This document shows positions 25,771-39,902 of a DNA stretch of 64,000 nucleotides, piece after piece (positions within the stretch are counted from its first letter, which is position 1; the number at the start of each line of letters is the position of its first letter). The notes under the pieces were generated by a model. It did not search any database. It was given only the letters and a program-made list of their open reading frames with translations, and was not told the DNA's origin. This stretch comes from Podarcis melisellensis. Lineage: Eukaryota. The stretch is taken from assembly GCA_964234715.1 (NCBI GenBank), contig OZ174288.1. One strand, given 5' to 3'. The position numbers and the translations under genes were made by a program.

Positions 25771-28700
25771 CATCAAAGCCACCACTGCCAATTATTTTGG
25801 TGTGAGCTCCCATTCTTTTACCCAAGCTCTACACTTAGAAGTTAATTTGAGTGGATCAGCTATTTTGGGCTGGGCAGCTGAAATTTATGGTGGACTCATC
25901 TATGAATTTCTTTTGGTTTCAGCAAGGACTTTATCATCTAGAACTCATTAAATAACTTTAAATCTGGGCTTCTTAATTGTCAATATATTCTTTATGTCCA
26001 AAGGAACCCCAAAATGGCACATTTCTTCTCCAAATTCCAATAATAGGGATATTAAGTGATAGATTCACTTTTTCTACAGTGGCTACTAGGCCTCCTATAT
26101 ACCTTTCTGTCTCTCTACTTTTAGGGAAAGTCCTATGCAAGACACAGTCCTTCTACATGGAAATCTGAAATATTCTACATGGCTGACCAAGATTCCCAGA
26201 CTTAATGGACTATGAGATTCTGGGCCCTTGACCCTTCCTCATCTCACTGAGTCTTTTCTCTCAGAGCCCAATCTACCTTCCCTTTGAGATCAGTCCTGCT
26301 TTTATGCTTCAAAACTGAAAAGCAATGCTGTCAAGACTGGGATTGTGAGGAAAACAATTAACACCATTCTGACCTCCTGCAGATTCTCTGCTTCTCAGAC
26401 TTATGAAATAAAATGGAAAGCCATCCACAGATCCCAAGAGAGAAACACTCCATTCCATTTCTGCCTCTGGTCAGGACATCTTAGCCTTCTCCAACAGGCT
26501 GACCAAGAGCTCAGCAATCATTACTCTTAAGAGACAGATGGCAATGCTTAATAACATTCTTGGGTAGCTTCTTAACAAAATGTATATACTATTAAAATTT
26601 AAAATTTAAATTAATTACAGTTAACAGTATAAGAGATTAAAATAGTCAACATCTACATTTCATTCTTATCCCATCATCTCACATAAAAAAATAAAAAATT
26701 AAGGAGTAAGTTTGTTATCTACTCTCGCTTTGTTCACAGGTGCCACACTTGCAACCATTCCTTAGTCCTGAAAGCTCTTACTGGCCCTCCTTCTGAACCT
26801 ATTTGAATGCTTACCTGGAAAATTGGGTTTTGAGTTATGTTTATTTCCCCCATGAATTGGGGGCCACAAGAGCATTGTTGGTCATAGAAAGTGAGTGTAT
26901 TTATTTTCAAGAAGACAGGGTTGTGCTCCACACCAACTCATCCTTCATAGCTAACATTTATTTGACTTTCCATATGAATTTGTTGGGCTTTCCATGTAAA
27001 AAAACAAACAAACAAACAGTTGTCCCACTAAATTTTGCCCCAATCTACTTCTCCCAAAGAGAAACTTTGGCAATAACCAAGTTCTTTGTGTTTACATATT
27101 TGTAGATCTTCAAATGTCCTTTCCCTTGTTTATGAGTCTGAGGGTCATTCTGCTCCTCCAAGGATCAGTGCCTGCTTTTTCTAGAAACCTGACCTTTACA
27201 CAGAAGTATTAATGCTACACTAGATTGCATTTTCAGGGTATGCACTTGCGTTTTTTTGCAACAGAAGGCTGAAGACAATACTAGCTGTAAGTGGGAGTTT
27301 CCAATAACCTTGCCGTTAGTTCTCGCTGTGATTGTAGCTATACAGAATAGTCTGAAGAAGGAGCAAAATATATTTAGTTTTAGTTCTTGGAAACTTGCCA
27401 AATGCCTTGTGTGGGAAAGGAATCTTAATGATTAAACAGCTCATCTCCAACTTGAGTAAAGGGGGATGTATGCAAATAATAGCTATGTGTCCAGTTCCTG
27501 TAGAACACAAGTCACAGCTCACTACGTAGCTTGTGTTTGTGCCTGTTAAAGATCTTTCCCTGGCAATCTAAGGTTTCATATGTGGGGTTTCAGGAGGGTG
27601 ACGACAGCTGTTGAGCAGCCAGGTCAAAATTAGATTTGTTGATGCAATGCTGCTTGGTAAGTAACAGTGTCTCTTAGTCTGTGTTTGGGCCCAGAGGGAA
27701 CTGTAGACAGCCAGGTTTCTCAATTGTTTCCAGTATCTCTAGCTGTTGGGTACACTGCTTTGCAGTTTTATACGAGTAATTACACTGGTCCAGTTCAGAC
27801 AGTGCATTGCCCAGTTGCCAACCCAGTCAGGCAATTGGGAGCATCCCATTCTCTCACGCACCCCTCCCTTATTATTCCCTCTTCTTTTCCCTGAAACTGT
27901 TGTTTCACATTGCATCTGAACCAGCATTGCAATAGGTACCTCTAACCTTAGACTCCCCTCAAACCTATGGCTGAAACCAGAAATATAACTTGATTTCAAC
28001 TCCTGGTTATCTTGCAAATTAAACTTGATAGTAACTGTGCCAATTTGGTGATTATTAGACTTTATTCATTCATTCATTCATTTATTTATGAACAGTTTCC
28101 TATGAGCCATCTCAAAACGATTTCACATTACAGAAAAAACATTTATAAAACAATTGGATGTATATATAGAGCACACATGGTTTTAGAAATTGCATGTATA
28201 AATGCAGTGCACTTATGGACTGGGATAAAACTCTTTTCTGAGACTGTGTACACATTCCCATTTGCTCCGGCTCCAGTGCCCTCCCGCTGCTGATATTTGA
28301 AACTGTGTACAAACGATGTTAGCTGCAGTCCGTATGCATCTTGTAGTTTCCTGGGAGATACTGCTGTTTGATGCATTATCTCTCAAACCAGCTTCCATCT
28401 GATTTGTAAATGTAAGCTGCAGTTAAACAGAGATGTGTAGATCTGAGACCTCTGTTGTGCATGTGCAGATGACAACTTCATTGAATAGGAGTTTTGCGGG
28501 GTTGTGGGTGCCAGTAAATAAACCAGGTAATGCACATAGGGTGAAGACATCACTGTGCCAAATTGCACAAATGTTAAAATTAGCTGCAAGGTCATTAACT
28601 TTCTGTACTTTGTCATAGACCTTTTATAAACGAGTTCCCCAACCTACGTACAGTACTCTGTGTTCTCTGTTGGTCAGGTGTTTGGGGTGTTTCTGAGCAT

Positions 28701-29041
28701 CAACATCCTCTTCTGGGTTTTGAAGCAAATTACAGCTTATTAATTTTTGTCGTCAAGGCATTGCAATCCGGACACATTCACGTGTGCTGCCTGTGTTCTG
28801 TATGTGCTTGTCTGGTAGAACCGCCTTACCATTCCAGCACCACACTACTGAGCTGTGGTTGTGTGAATGCTAATTCTGGACTGAGGCCTTTTACCTTACT
28901 GTATGTGTTTGGCTGTAGCCTGTTCTGTCACCGTCGGAACAGTAAGCACAGAGCACTTCATTTCATCTATGAGGTGCTCATTTCACAAATGGAGTGAACA
29001 TTTCCTAATAAACCTCTTTGTCTTCAAGGCCAAATTATAGC

Positions 29042-29079
<38 letters not shown>
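29042..29079. repeat. (TAT)n microsatellite at a retroposon tail
   Basis: About 12 TAT units adjoining CCCCACCCATCTGGCTGG, a motif also seen near 30435 and 39403. Confidence 0.85.
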
Positions 29080-29081
<2 letters not shown>

Positions 29082-30139
29082 CCACCCATCTGGCTGGATT
29101 TCCCCAGCCACTCTATGTGAAATAATGTTCTTTTTAAAAAATATAGGCAACTCCCTCTTTGCACGGGGGTTGTGTTTTGGGTCATTGCACTTGTGTGAAA
29201 TCAGAAAGTCCATTGAAAAAGCCTTCAAACACCCTGCCCCCCCCCAATTCAGTGATGTTTCGGTGACATCCTTATGACGTTTTCACATTGCTTCCAGATT
29301 TGGCACTGTGCACGTATGTGTGACCATGCACATAACGGTAGTTGCCTGTTTTAGCACATTGGTACGGGACAGATCAAAATTGTTCTGAGAACCTGGCCCT
29401 GCATGAGTAACTTGCCTTACTATTATATTAAAAGCAAGCACTGGATTTCATCTAGTTTTAATAACCAGAATCTTGTGTCAACTAGTGTCCTCCTTTTGTC
29501 CAAAGCAGCATTTTGTCATTCTTAAGTCTTAGTCACTATACGTTTTAGCTGAATACTTCATACTCAGCATTGACCTTTTTAAGTGAATGGGACTATGTTA
29601 GTCATGCTCATGAATTTCTGAGGGTCTGTGCTTGGTAGGACTAGCATTGGATACAACCTTTTGAGGGCAGCACATCACTTCTTCTGAAAGCTCACCATGG
29701 GAGAGGTGGGTTGGCTTTGGTTCTTGCATGTTCGTCCTCTCCCTCCTCCTAGTCCTGTACTGATGATGATTGCTGACATTTAGCATGATGTAAGCAGTCA
29801 GAATAGAATCCCTGGTTTGTGTCTAGCATGCACATAAGAGCACAGATGAACAGTGTTTGTGCGCCTGATGTGATCTTAAAACAGGGTGAATTAGTTTATA
29901 TCAGCCTTGAAGGCACCCTTTTGCCCAGTAAGTCTAAAAATACCAGCCTTTACAGCTAATATTGCTCAATCTTTTGTGTTGTGTTCTTATGAAAGAACAT
30001 TTCTTCATGCTTCTGTTACTTGAACTGCTCCGTAAATCTAGGCATTTTGCAACCTTAAATTGTGATTTTGTTTAAAATTTTAGAGTTTCCTTCAGTTTCA
30101 GTCTAGTAGCCCTTAAGCTAATATCCATTCAGTTTTTCT

Positions 30140-30238
30140 TGTTGTTGTTGTTTAGTTGTGTCCGACTCTTCGTGACCCCATGGACCAGAGAACGCCAGGC
30201 ACCTCTGTCCTCCACTGCCTCCCGCAGTTTGGTCAAAC
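30140..30238 (-). mobile_element. 5'-truncated BovB/RTE LINE (or BovB-tailed Sauria-type SINE) insertion
   Basis: (TTG)n tail then GTGTCCGACTCTTCGTGACCCCATGGAC, the BovB 3' end; flanking direct repeat TCAGTTTTTCT at 30129-30139 and 30239-30249. Confidence 0.8.
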
Positions 30239-31699
30239 TCAGTTTTTCTACTTATTGTAAAAGACTGAAAACTCAAAAATCCTGCTTTCAGGCTGCAGCA
30301 GAATTAGAGAAGGAAAGCAGGGCTGTTCCATCAGCTCTGCTGAGAGACTGGTTGCTTTTGGCTCTTCATCATCATCACCTGTCACTTAGCAAGGGTTGTT
30401 ATAATAATTTTAATAATAATTTATTATTTATAGCCTGCCCATCTGGCTGGGTTTCCCCATTTCATCATTCCTCATTCCATTATTCCATCAGGCCACCTGA
30501 ACTGTTTCCACCCCAGCTGGTCTCTATAAGAATTTTAACTTTAAGAAATTGTCCCTGAGTTAGGTTTGCCCCTCCTCCCTACCCATTTCTTTTTCCTTTA
30601 GTCTTTAACACACACTATAAGCCTGAAGGCAAGGCTGGAGTTTTTCTTTCTTTTTTTAGTTGATCTGGAAACTACTCTGAAACGTTTTCTGCTGAAGCGT
30701 GGGATAAGAATGCTTTGAATAAGACTGGAATCCAAAGAGCTACTGCAGGCCCATCCAAGACCTTCAGGGTGCTGTGTGGGATTTTTTTTCTGCACTCCAA
30801 ACCATACAAAAATACTTTACAAATACTTAGTTTTAAAAGTAGCTTGCATTCAGGACTGCTTCTTGAAAAGCACATACCCAAAGGCCCTTTGGATGAGCAA
30901 AACTAGCTGTGTGGCTCTTTAGATCACAGTCTAAACATTTCAATGTGACTCCCTTAAAATGCTTGAGCTAAAACAAGTTCCAGGAATACAGATCTAGCAC
31001 TAGCTTTGTGATTGCATTTTGAATCAGCCTTTAGGGTGTGTACATAAGCGCCTTTGCTCTCTTCGAGGTGATTAGTTGAATCAATCCCAGCTAAACAGGG
31101 CTGTCTCTTTCAAAGCACAAGCCAAGCCAGACTCCCTCTTTCCATTCCAGTGGCACAAATGAAATGTTAAAAGAAAAATGTGTTGTTACATGAAACACAT
31201 CACTTTTCGTTTACTTAGCTATTTTGATTGGTGCAGTTCTCAATACCTAGAAAACCTTTAGTTTAGTATCAATGGAAAAAAATACTATTGTGGGTGTTGT
31301 AAACTCTTGGCTTTTTTCAGCAAAGTGCAGTTTAATAGTATCTGTCAAGTATACTATAAGCAGCACTGTAGGTATGGACAGGGTTTAGCTTTTTGCTATG
31401 CCATTTAAGAGAACTTTGTAAACAGAACACAGCATGCCTAAGACTTTTGAAGAAGCTGTCCAGAAGAGGAAGTGCTTAGCGTTCATGTGACTTTTGATAA
31501 GGGATATCTAACATTAGCAGCCACATTAAAAATGCACACTACTTCTGATACCAGTGGCTTTTTTCCTCCTCTGCCAAAGCATTATTTGCAGTATTCTAAA
31601 GTACCGGCTGAACCAAGCAAGAGCTCTTTTTTCTGTCTTTTAAACTGTTATATAGCACTGTGTTTTCAACTTTTTGCAGTATGATTTGAAACAGTGACC

Positions 31700-31776
31700 A
31701 TGGATTTTTCACGTCTTCACACGTATACCCCTCCCCAATGCGTGCCAGAGAACACTGGCTATACTTATGCACTCAG
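31700..31776 (+). CDS. SUN1: SUN1 coding exon 1 (exon starts 31680; ATG 31700)
   Basis: MDFSRLHTYTPPQCVPENTGYTYALS, the SUN1 N-terminus; Kozak ACCATGG; donor CAG|GTGAGA. Confidence 0.96.
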
Positions 31777-34700
31777 GTGAGAATCTTTTTCCTTATGGAG
31801 AAGCTGCCTTCTATAGAACCTGGTTTCTTTGTATGTTGTGGTTTCGTGGCAAGATTTAAATCAAGGAAAGAAACCTGGCATTTGATCATAAATCTCACTG
31901 ACTTTCCTGTTTATAGATACATGTAGCAGTTTGGTTTTAGGTTTTTACAGTAGATTCTAATCCAGCACCGCTGGTGACTAAGACAGTGACTCAGGATTTG
32001 GCAGTAGCTGTAAATAAAGTATTTGGGAACCACACCCAAATACCATTGTTTTAGCTTGCAAATGCAGGGTGGGGGGTATTACATGGCAGGGTGTGTGTGT
32101 AGATAACTTAATATAGTTCCATCCTGCAATGAGGAATCCTTATCAGTTTTGCAGAGTAAGTACAAAGGTATAAATTTACTATTACTCATAATTGTGCTTG
32201 TATTGCTAAGTTTTGCAATAAACTTTTAATGTTACATGTTACTGATCCTGCAGTATTAATATGGGCAGGGTTAACTGTTAGGAAGATAGTATTGTCTGAG
32301 ATTTATCAGGTTGCCTCGACCTAGATGAAAAAGGAAAATAGTAGATCAAGCTTGAGTATTACTGAATAATGGTTATGCCCCAAGTAAGTCACCATGAAAA
32401 ATATGTGGAGCTTATAAACTGGTGTATTCTGTAGCTCTTTTTCTCATACTAGCCTTGTAAATAGGTACTTGTTTGGTTGCTGGTGGTCAGTTACCTCCAG
32501 GCTACTAGGTAAGAAATTTACTTTACCTGGAAAGGGGTTGTATCCTTCCCCTTTTCCAGCCTCCACTGTGCCACCAACATAGCATGTGTGAGAAGTAGAT
32601 GGGGCTGGCTACTTTTGTGGATTTATTTCCATCTCTGAAATTTACAACTGACAGTTTTTCTTGCACTGTTAATGTTTGAGCAATTTTCTTGTTTGTAGGA
32701 CACCATTTATGCTGTTACTAGCTAGAGTAATAAGACCTGAAAAACAATCTGCATTTGTGAGCAGCCCTCACAAATATGCTATTAAACAAATAGGTGTGTT
32801 TGCCAAGTGAAAACAAATTGGGGCTAGTGGCAGCTGTCTGTAGCGCCTGGTACTTCATTTGAATAGTGTGCCTGTAGTACATCACTTGCAGAAGTAGAAT
32901 AAAAACAGCCGTATAATAACAAGTGCCAATAGTAGCTTGTGGGGAGTGTTTAAATAGATTATTGCCATCACTCCCTTAAAAAGCAAAATTGTGAGCTGCC
33001 AGGTACTAAATGAAGTTACAACAGGAACAAGCAATCTTTTTCAGCCCAAGAGCCACATTCCATTTTGGGCAACCTTCTGAGGGCCACATGCCTGTGAGGC
33101 CAGAGGCAAAAGTGGGTGGAAGAAGGAATATAAATGTTATTGGTTCAAGAAAAATAGATATAAAAGGAAGAGAATTCCAGAATGCCAAGATTCAAATTTG
33201 GGGCAAGTACTCTTTGGTGAGAGAAAACCAGCAGATATAAATTCATAAAATATGAGGCAAATAAAGTGTGAAAATGTAGGATGTAAAACCTTAAAAATAT
33301 GTTATTCTGGGTGAGTTCCAAAACTGTCCCATTTAAAAGTTCCTTCTGAAGTTTCCCAGCATAGAACACACATTTGGTAACTTAAATTGGTTTACTCACA
33401 AACTCACCAAAGGTTTCAGGAACCTGCCCTGAGATTTATGGGTAATAATAAATAATGTGTTCTTCCATACGTCAGTTAGAAAAGTTGCAGAGGCAGTAAA
33501 AAGTAGCTTAGTTACAAAGCGGTAAAACATTACTAAACTATTTGTATAGGAACACGAGAGGTTGGTGAGAGTAGTTCAGCCTAGCTGGAGGAATCAGCTC
33601 AGACCTCCTCACATGCTGAGTCCTCAAGTAGACTGGGAAGCAGGAAACAAAGGGTTGTTTACCTATTTCCGCCCAAGGTAAGGGGAAGTGACATAGCTAA
33701 GCTTGGCAGGACAGCTTACTCTATGGTATTAAACCCTTCATGCATTAATTAGACTAAATCATGCTGGTTATATGAGGCTGGTTATCCTGAAAATTTTACA
33801 TGCATCCATCTCTGTCCTTTATTCAGACAAGCAAGAGGTATGATCAGAGTTCAAGGATGCATTCAAAGAATACTCAGGCTTGGAAGTAGGGCCTGTGCAG
33901 GGTGCAACCTGGGGAGAGTTTCAAGGGCCAGCTAGAGACCTGGAGGCCTGCTTTCGGCCCCTGGGCTTGAACTTCCCCATCTGTTAGTTATCATAGAACA
34001 TGCTTTTAATGCATCTTAAGCAACCCTGGTCCAGCTTATCTGAGGCCCAATACAATTTGGGCTGCTGTGCATGGCCTAGTTCTCTCTCAGACAGAAAACC
34101 TGTGTCTGGGCTGTCCCACTTCAGACAGTGGGTGGGGGTAGGGACTCGACACACATGATTGAATGTGGCACTCCACACTCAATCCCTGCAGACCTCTGAT
34201 TATTTCTAGACAAGCTGGAGATAATTCTCCTTTGTGGTGGTTAATCTTAAAATGATTAGCAAATAATTTAGACTCTCCTCTTCCCATGTGCTGGAATGTT
34301 CCCTTCCATGCCAGTGGAAGGGAAGATTATATGCAGTTTTTTCCTATGTAAACTGCAGAATTAATGGAGAAATATGTTTATATATGCAATTAAAAGTCTA
34401 GGGTATAAATCTTGGATCCTGGGAAGCTGCTTTATACCAAGCTAGGTGAACCAATGGTCTGACGCAGTATTACACATTGATTGGCAGCAGCTCTCTAGGG
34501 TTTCAGACAAGGGTCTTTCTCAGCCCTACCTGGACATACTTATTAGGATTGAAACATTTTGTTTGCAAAGCACATGTTCTGCCGCTGAGCTACCCCATTC
34601 TTCCCCATAAATGATTGAACCCAATCTTCTGTTATGATTGCAGTCTCCTGGCATTCCTGCTTTTAAAACTGATGCTGTGCACATTTTTATCTCTGGGTTT

Positions 34701-36855
34701 TATTGGTGTAACTCAGAAGATAAGCCATTTTTGGCTTGCAACAGTTTCAGTTTAATAACTTTTAGCAGTGAGATTTTCAAGCCAGAATTCTGTTTTTTTC
34801 CTCCCTCTAACACTAACCACACAACGCTCAAGGCTGCTTTCTCTTCAGCATTAGTTCCACTTCACTGACATTTGGTTTAATGTGGCATTACATTTTTTTC
34901 TCCATGAAAAGGGAGTCTCTTCAGAGCATTGTTTTGCTTTTAAAAATTTAATCCTAAATTAGTTTCCCCTAAAATAACTTATATTTTCATGGGTGCATTT
35001 AACAACTTTGTTTTTGCTACAACAGACTAACATGGCACCCTGGATATAAGGACAGACCACTTGTTACTGCAGGCATTGTGCTGGCCCTTGAAAAATGTAT
35101 CACCATTTTTAAATTGTTATTATTTTTAGTTCACCACATTGCTTGATTGTAATAGTAAAACCTCTAAGTTGTTTACAAAAAAAGCATTAGAATTAACAAA
35201 TGAAAACAGGTATTTTAAAACAATCATAATATATCAAACAAAAAATGGGTGCTGAGTACTGCAAAGATGCCTGTCTGATATCAATAGATGGTGCTGCCAC
35301 ACTAAAAGATCAGATTCTTACAAGTGTGGAACAAGTGTTGTATGGCACCTGTAACAGTGCCAGTTCTGTAGATTGGAGTGGATGGATACTTATGGGGTAA
35401 GGCAATCCACAATTAAACTGGTCCCAAGCTGTTATGGACTTGATATACTAACAGTGATACCTTGAACTTGGTCATTTGACAAATTGGGTTCCCATGCAGA
35501 TATCTGAGCAGATGCATTATATGCTGAAGAGGTCTCACTCCTGTCAGTAACTGTGCTGCAGCATTCTGCACTAATTGCAGTTTCCAGAGCAAGAACAGTA
35601 GAGTGTATTACTACTTGATAGTAGTAATAGTGGTGCTGGGCAGGGAAACACATGGGATGATGTTTTACGTGCAAAAGTGAAGCTGTGTGCTGCAGGAAGA
35701 AAGTAGCAACAGGACCAATAGGTGATCCTTTGTGGAGAGCACCTGCCTCGTCTACTCCAAAGTTTGTGTCACAGTTCTGCTTGTAAACTTAGTTTCTGGC
35801 CATGTTTGCCAAGGTGCTACGCCTTTTAGGCTTCAAGATAGGACATATTTGAAAGCAAGTGAAACTACCCAAACTGAGTCCTCAGACAAATTCAAACTTT
35901 AACAGTGATGATAAAAACACAAAACCTTTTTGGAACCAGAGGGCCACACTTTCTTCTCGGCAGCATTCCAGGGAGTGCATACCAGTGGTGGGCAGCGCCA
36001 GAAACAAAAGTGGCAGAACAGGAGATGTGACCCTTTCCTTTGTGTAAGAGGTTACAGTCCACCCATGCAAAAACTAGAGGTTTATATAAACATACATACC
36101 TCTGTTCTCCCAGGCAAGCAAGAAGCATCATCACAGTTTCAAGGACACATTCCAGCAAAGCAAAAGCACTCAATGAAGTTATGGTCTGTGGGAGAAGTTA
36201 CAACCCTGGGGAGAGTGACGAGGGCCAAATAGAGAGGCCTGAGATTCCCTACCTTTACTTTAGGCTTCAAAACTAACTTTCCTGAAGCACTGGAATATTT
36301 ATTCATTCATTTAAAATATTTAAAACCTTTTGAGGCTACTCTGAGAAATTAAAGTGATAAAAAGATACATGCCCACTCCATAGCAATAAGTAAATAATTG
36401 GACATTATTTTGTTTAATGTCCAATCCTGTAGAACAGCAGATGATTAAAATGGGTTATTTTATTGCAACAGCTCACATCCTGAATGTCTTCATAAGCAAG
36501 TGGGCCTCACATTTCCCCCTTGAGATTAAGAAAGAGGTAGATTTCAAAGCCTTGAAAAGGATGGTGTTCCTTTCCAATGTTCTGATCTCTCTGCATGATG
36601 GGAAGTAGCGTTGAACCCAATGATCTTCAATAAAATGGTGGGTTTGCACAAGGAGAAACGGGGACTCTCAGATGAGCAAGACCCAAAGAGATTCAAAGAT
36701 TTAAGTGCCTTCATTTTTACTTGGAAGCATTAACAGCAATCAGTATGGATTGCTCAACAGCAGTTAATTATACTCCTGTCTCCTCATCTCTGTTGAGAAG
36801 CTGCCTGCTGCCTTCAATATATATACCAAAATCTTTTTCTGTCTTTCCTTTATAG

Positions 36856-37059
36856 TTCAAGCTACTCATCAACTGCTCTAGATTTTGAGACTGAACACAA
36901 ACTGGACCCTGTGTTTGACTCCCCAAGAATGTCAAGGCGCAGCTTACGTTTGTCTGCTGTAACATATAACACACCTGAGGATACACACAATGAAGGCATC
37001 TTTGGTGGTGGCACCGGCTCCTATGGCGGGAAAAAGGCATTTGCAGACCAGTCAACTAA
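36856..37059 (+). CDS. SUN1: SUN1 coding exon 2
   Basis: SSYSSTALDFETEHKLDPVFDSPRMSRRSLRL...; TATAG acceptor, AA|GTAAGC donor. Confidence 0.95.
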
Positions 37060-39711
37060 GTAAGCATTTCTTTTAATAGGTACTTCATGTAAGTTACCTT
37101 CTTACTGCTTCCATTCTATTAAATTTTAAGGGGTTCAACTGCATGCTGTGTTTTTTGTTTTGTATTTGTATATTGCATTGGAAATCATGATAGTTACTAG
37201 TTTTTCTTTAAAAGGTGTGCATGAAACTTTGACTCTCCCTTGGGTTTTCAGTGGGCAAAAAGAGGAGTCCTGCTCCTCCCAAAGTTAGGCATCTTCTCCT
37301 GGAGAACTGAAGGTGATGCTTCAGTTTTGCAAGTACCTTTGTTGTACTGTAGAATTTCTTTAAAAGAATATTTGTTTAAAAATGGTACTAGTTACTATTG
37401 TAGCCTCCAGTTGAGTTAGGTTTTCTTCCCTAACCCTTTAGCACATGCTTTTGTGACTTTTGAGTCCAAGAAAAGTAGCAGCAGCAAATGGAGAGTGTGG
37501 TTTGTACCAGAAACTCAAAGTACTGGTTAGTTGAGGATGGAGCTTCTATACTTTTAATAGTTGCATAATCTTAAGAGTGGGGCAGCTTTTCTCACATCTT
37601 TAACAAGCTGCTCTTGCCAAACTTCCCCCCTCTGTGCAAGATCCTCCTTTGTACCTGGTCATTCTGTGAAGCATTAATTTAAGCTCAGTGTTCTGCGTCC
37701 CCAGCTAAAATAAAAGAGGCAAGTAGATCTTCAAGACAGCTATATATGTAGTCCACATGGCTGCATTATTTTCACACCTGTCAACCACAGGAGATGCTTC
37801 TCTGGTGATCAGTGACTGGTTACATTTCTGGACTGTTCAAATGGATTGATTGTAACTGGAAATTCTAGTAATCATTTTGTCTTGTTTTGCATTGTACACT
37901 CAGTGTGGTTAACATTGCATTTTTTGGGGGTGGGAGGAGTTTACTAGATACTAGATGGAAGGAGGTAATATTCACAAGAAAAACATTTTAGGGTTATGGA
38001 TTATCTTGGCTTCTTGTGAGAACTCAAAAGCTGCCAAATGGCATGTAATACAGTTCCTTCTGACCTCAATGGGACTTAAGTAAGAACCATTTCACATGTA
38101 CACATTGCCTGCACACCCACCCTGTCCCCTGTAGAGAATGTATGAACTGTTCATTGGGTTAATCCCAAAGAAATGGTTTGTGAGTAGCACACTTTAAACC
38201 CTGTTACTGAATCTTTATTTTAAAGTAGTCCCTTCTGAGTTGCTTCCAAGTAGGACAACATAAGTCACATGTTACTCAGTGGGGCTTCCTACAAGAAACC
38301 CCACTATTAATCTGCATTCCAAAGGATGCTTATTTAATCACCAAAGTTCATGGACTTTGTTTCTTGGAAATACCATTACAGTAAGAGAGGATTCAGAATG
38401 TATATGTGCATATTGTTTTGTTTACGATGTGACCATTTCTAGTGCTAAAAATAAAATAAAATTGGCATAGTCAGTCAAAAAATTAAAGTACAATTGATTT
38501 AAAATGGGAGAAATGCAGACTTTTACTTACTTCATGCATTAAAAATGGGACTTTAAAGGGTTAACTTTGCCTAGATTATACTCCTTTATTTAGAAGCTAC
38601 AGCTATTTAATTTTAATTGGACTTGTTTCCAAGTTTAGGATCAGTGTTTTAAAAAAGGACTTTTGCATATTTTTTGGCGTAGTCTATAGAACAGGACTGG
38701 CTTAAATAGAGATCCGCAAATTTGGAACAGCTTTGGTATGCAACCATTATGTATAATTGTGACCCTTCTCTCTTCCCATGAGTCCTTTGGAAAAAAGAAT
38801 GTGATGTTACACCAGGTACCAGAGTTGTCCAGAAGCAGAAGCAGTGTTTGTCACTGCTTGTGATTATTGTGCAAAGTCACAGACTGGCCTCCTCTCATGA
38901 GTCATCTAGAACTCTGGGAGGGGCTGGCTTGATATTTTCACAATGCATATGCTTTCAAAGATGCTTGGAAGTGGAATGAAAGCGTTTTTCTGTGTATGCT
39001 ACAAAATTTGTGACAGGAGGGATCTTCTTTCCTCATGGGCACCTATAGGTTAGCAGTTCTCAGGAAGAGATTTATTGTTATCATAAACTACCTTGGAAGT
39101 TCAGTTTTCACACATTGACACAGTTCAGACACCTTGTGAAGCCATGACTGTGGTGTCCTAGTTTCTCTGTCATTTTGACTAAGCTAGGAATTCTTAACAG
39201 AAAGAAAACAAAGAACCAGCATGCAACTCTGAAATAAACTGTACTTTGCCTCATTGTGTAGATTACAATCTGTGTTCCCACATTGTATAGACCCTGTGGT
39301 TAGCATAGACCATAGATTGGTGTGTTTGAATTGCACCACTATCTGCTCTATGATGGTTTTAACATTGGAGTAATGTTTCCCAACAACAAAATTATTATTT
39401 ATACCCCACCCATCCGGCTGGGTTGCCCCAGCCATTCTGGGTAGCTTCTAACGCATATAAAAACATAATAAAACATCAAACATTAAAAACTTCCTGATAC
39501 AGAGCTGCCTTCAGATGTCTTCCTATCTTAAGAGGAAAGGAAAACTGCTTCCTTTTTTTGTTGCTATAGCCAGAGTAACACTGACATGGCTTCAGAAGAC
39601 CTGCTGGATTATTATATCCCTTTTCTTTTGCCTTGTGTTACAGATTCTTAATATGCCTGAACTCTTGGTGAATGTTGCACATTTATGCTTTGACATTTAT
39701 TTTTCTTTAAG

Positions 39712-39902
39712 GTTTGTAAAGCAGCGTAAAAGTGTGGCGAAACAGTCTGGCTCTGTAAGACATACCCCAAGAAAAAGTGTGCCCAGCTCTTCCAGTTTTA
39801 GCCACAGTAGTTTCAGTAGCCATGCAAGTGATGGATCTTTAATGTCAACTATATTGGATGAGTCTTCAATACAGGAGCAGACAGCTGTTGACCATTTTTG
39901 GG
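39712..39902 (+). CDS. SUN1: SUN1 coding exon 3
   Basis: FVKQRKSVAKQ...ILDESSIQEQTAVDHFW; phases fit neighbours. Confidence 0.92.

Noticed and set aside
30139-30558. 139-aa plus-strand ORF
   Set aside because: Chimeric read-through of a BovB fragment, unique sequence and a retroposon tail.
33550-33677. Possible cryptic exon with strong donor AAG|GTAAGG
   Set aside because: Weak acceptor, 128 nt with an early stop and no supporting regulatory motifs; indistinguishable from a pseudo-exon without RNA data.
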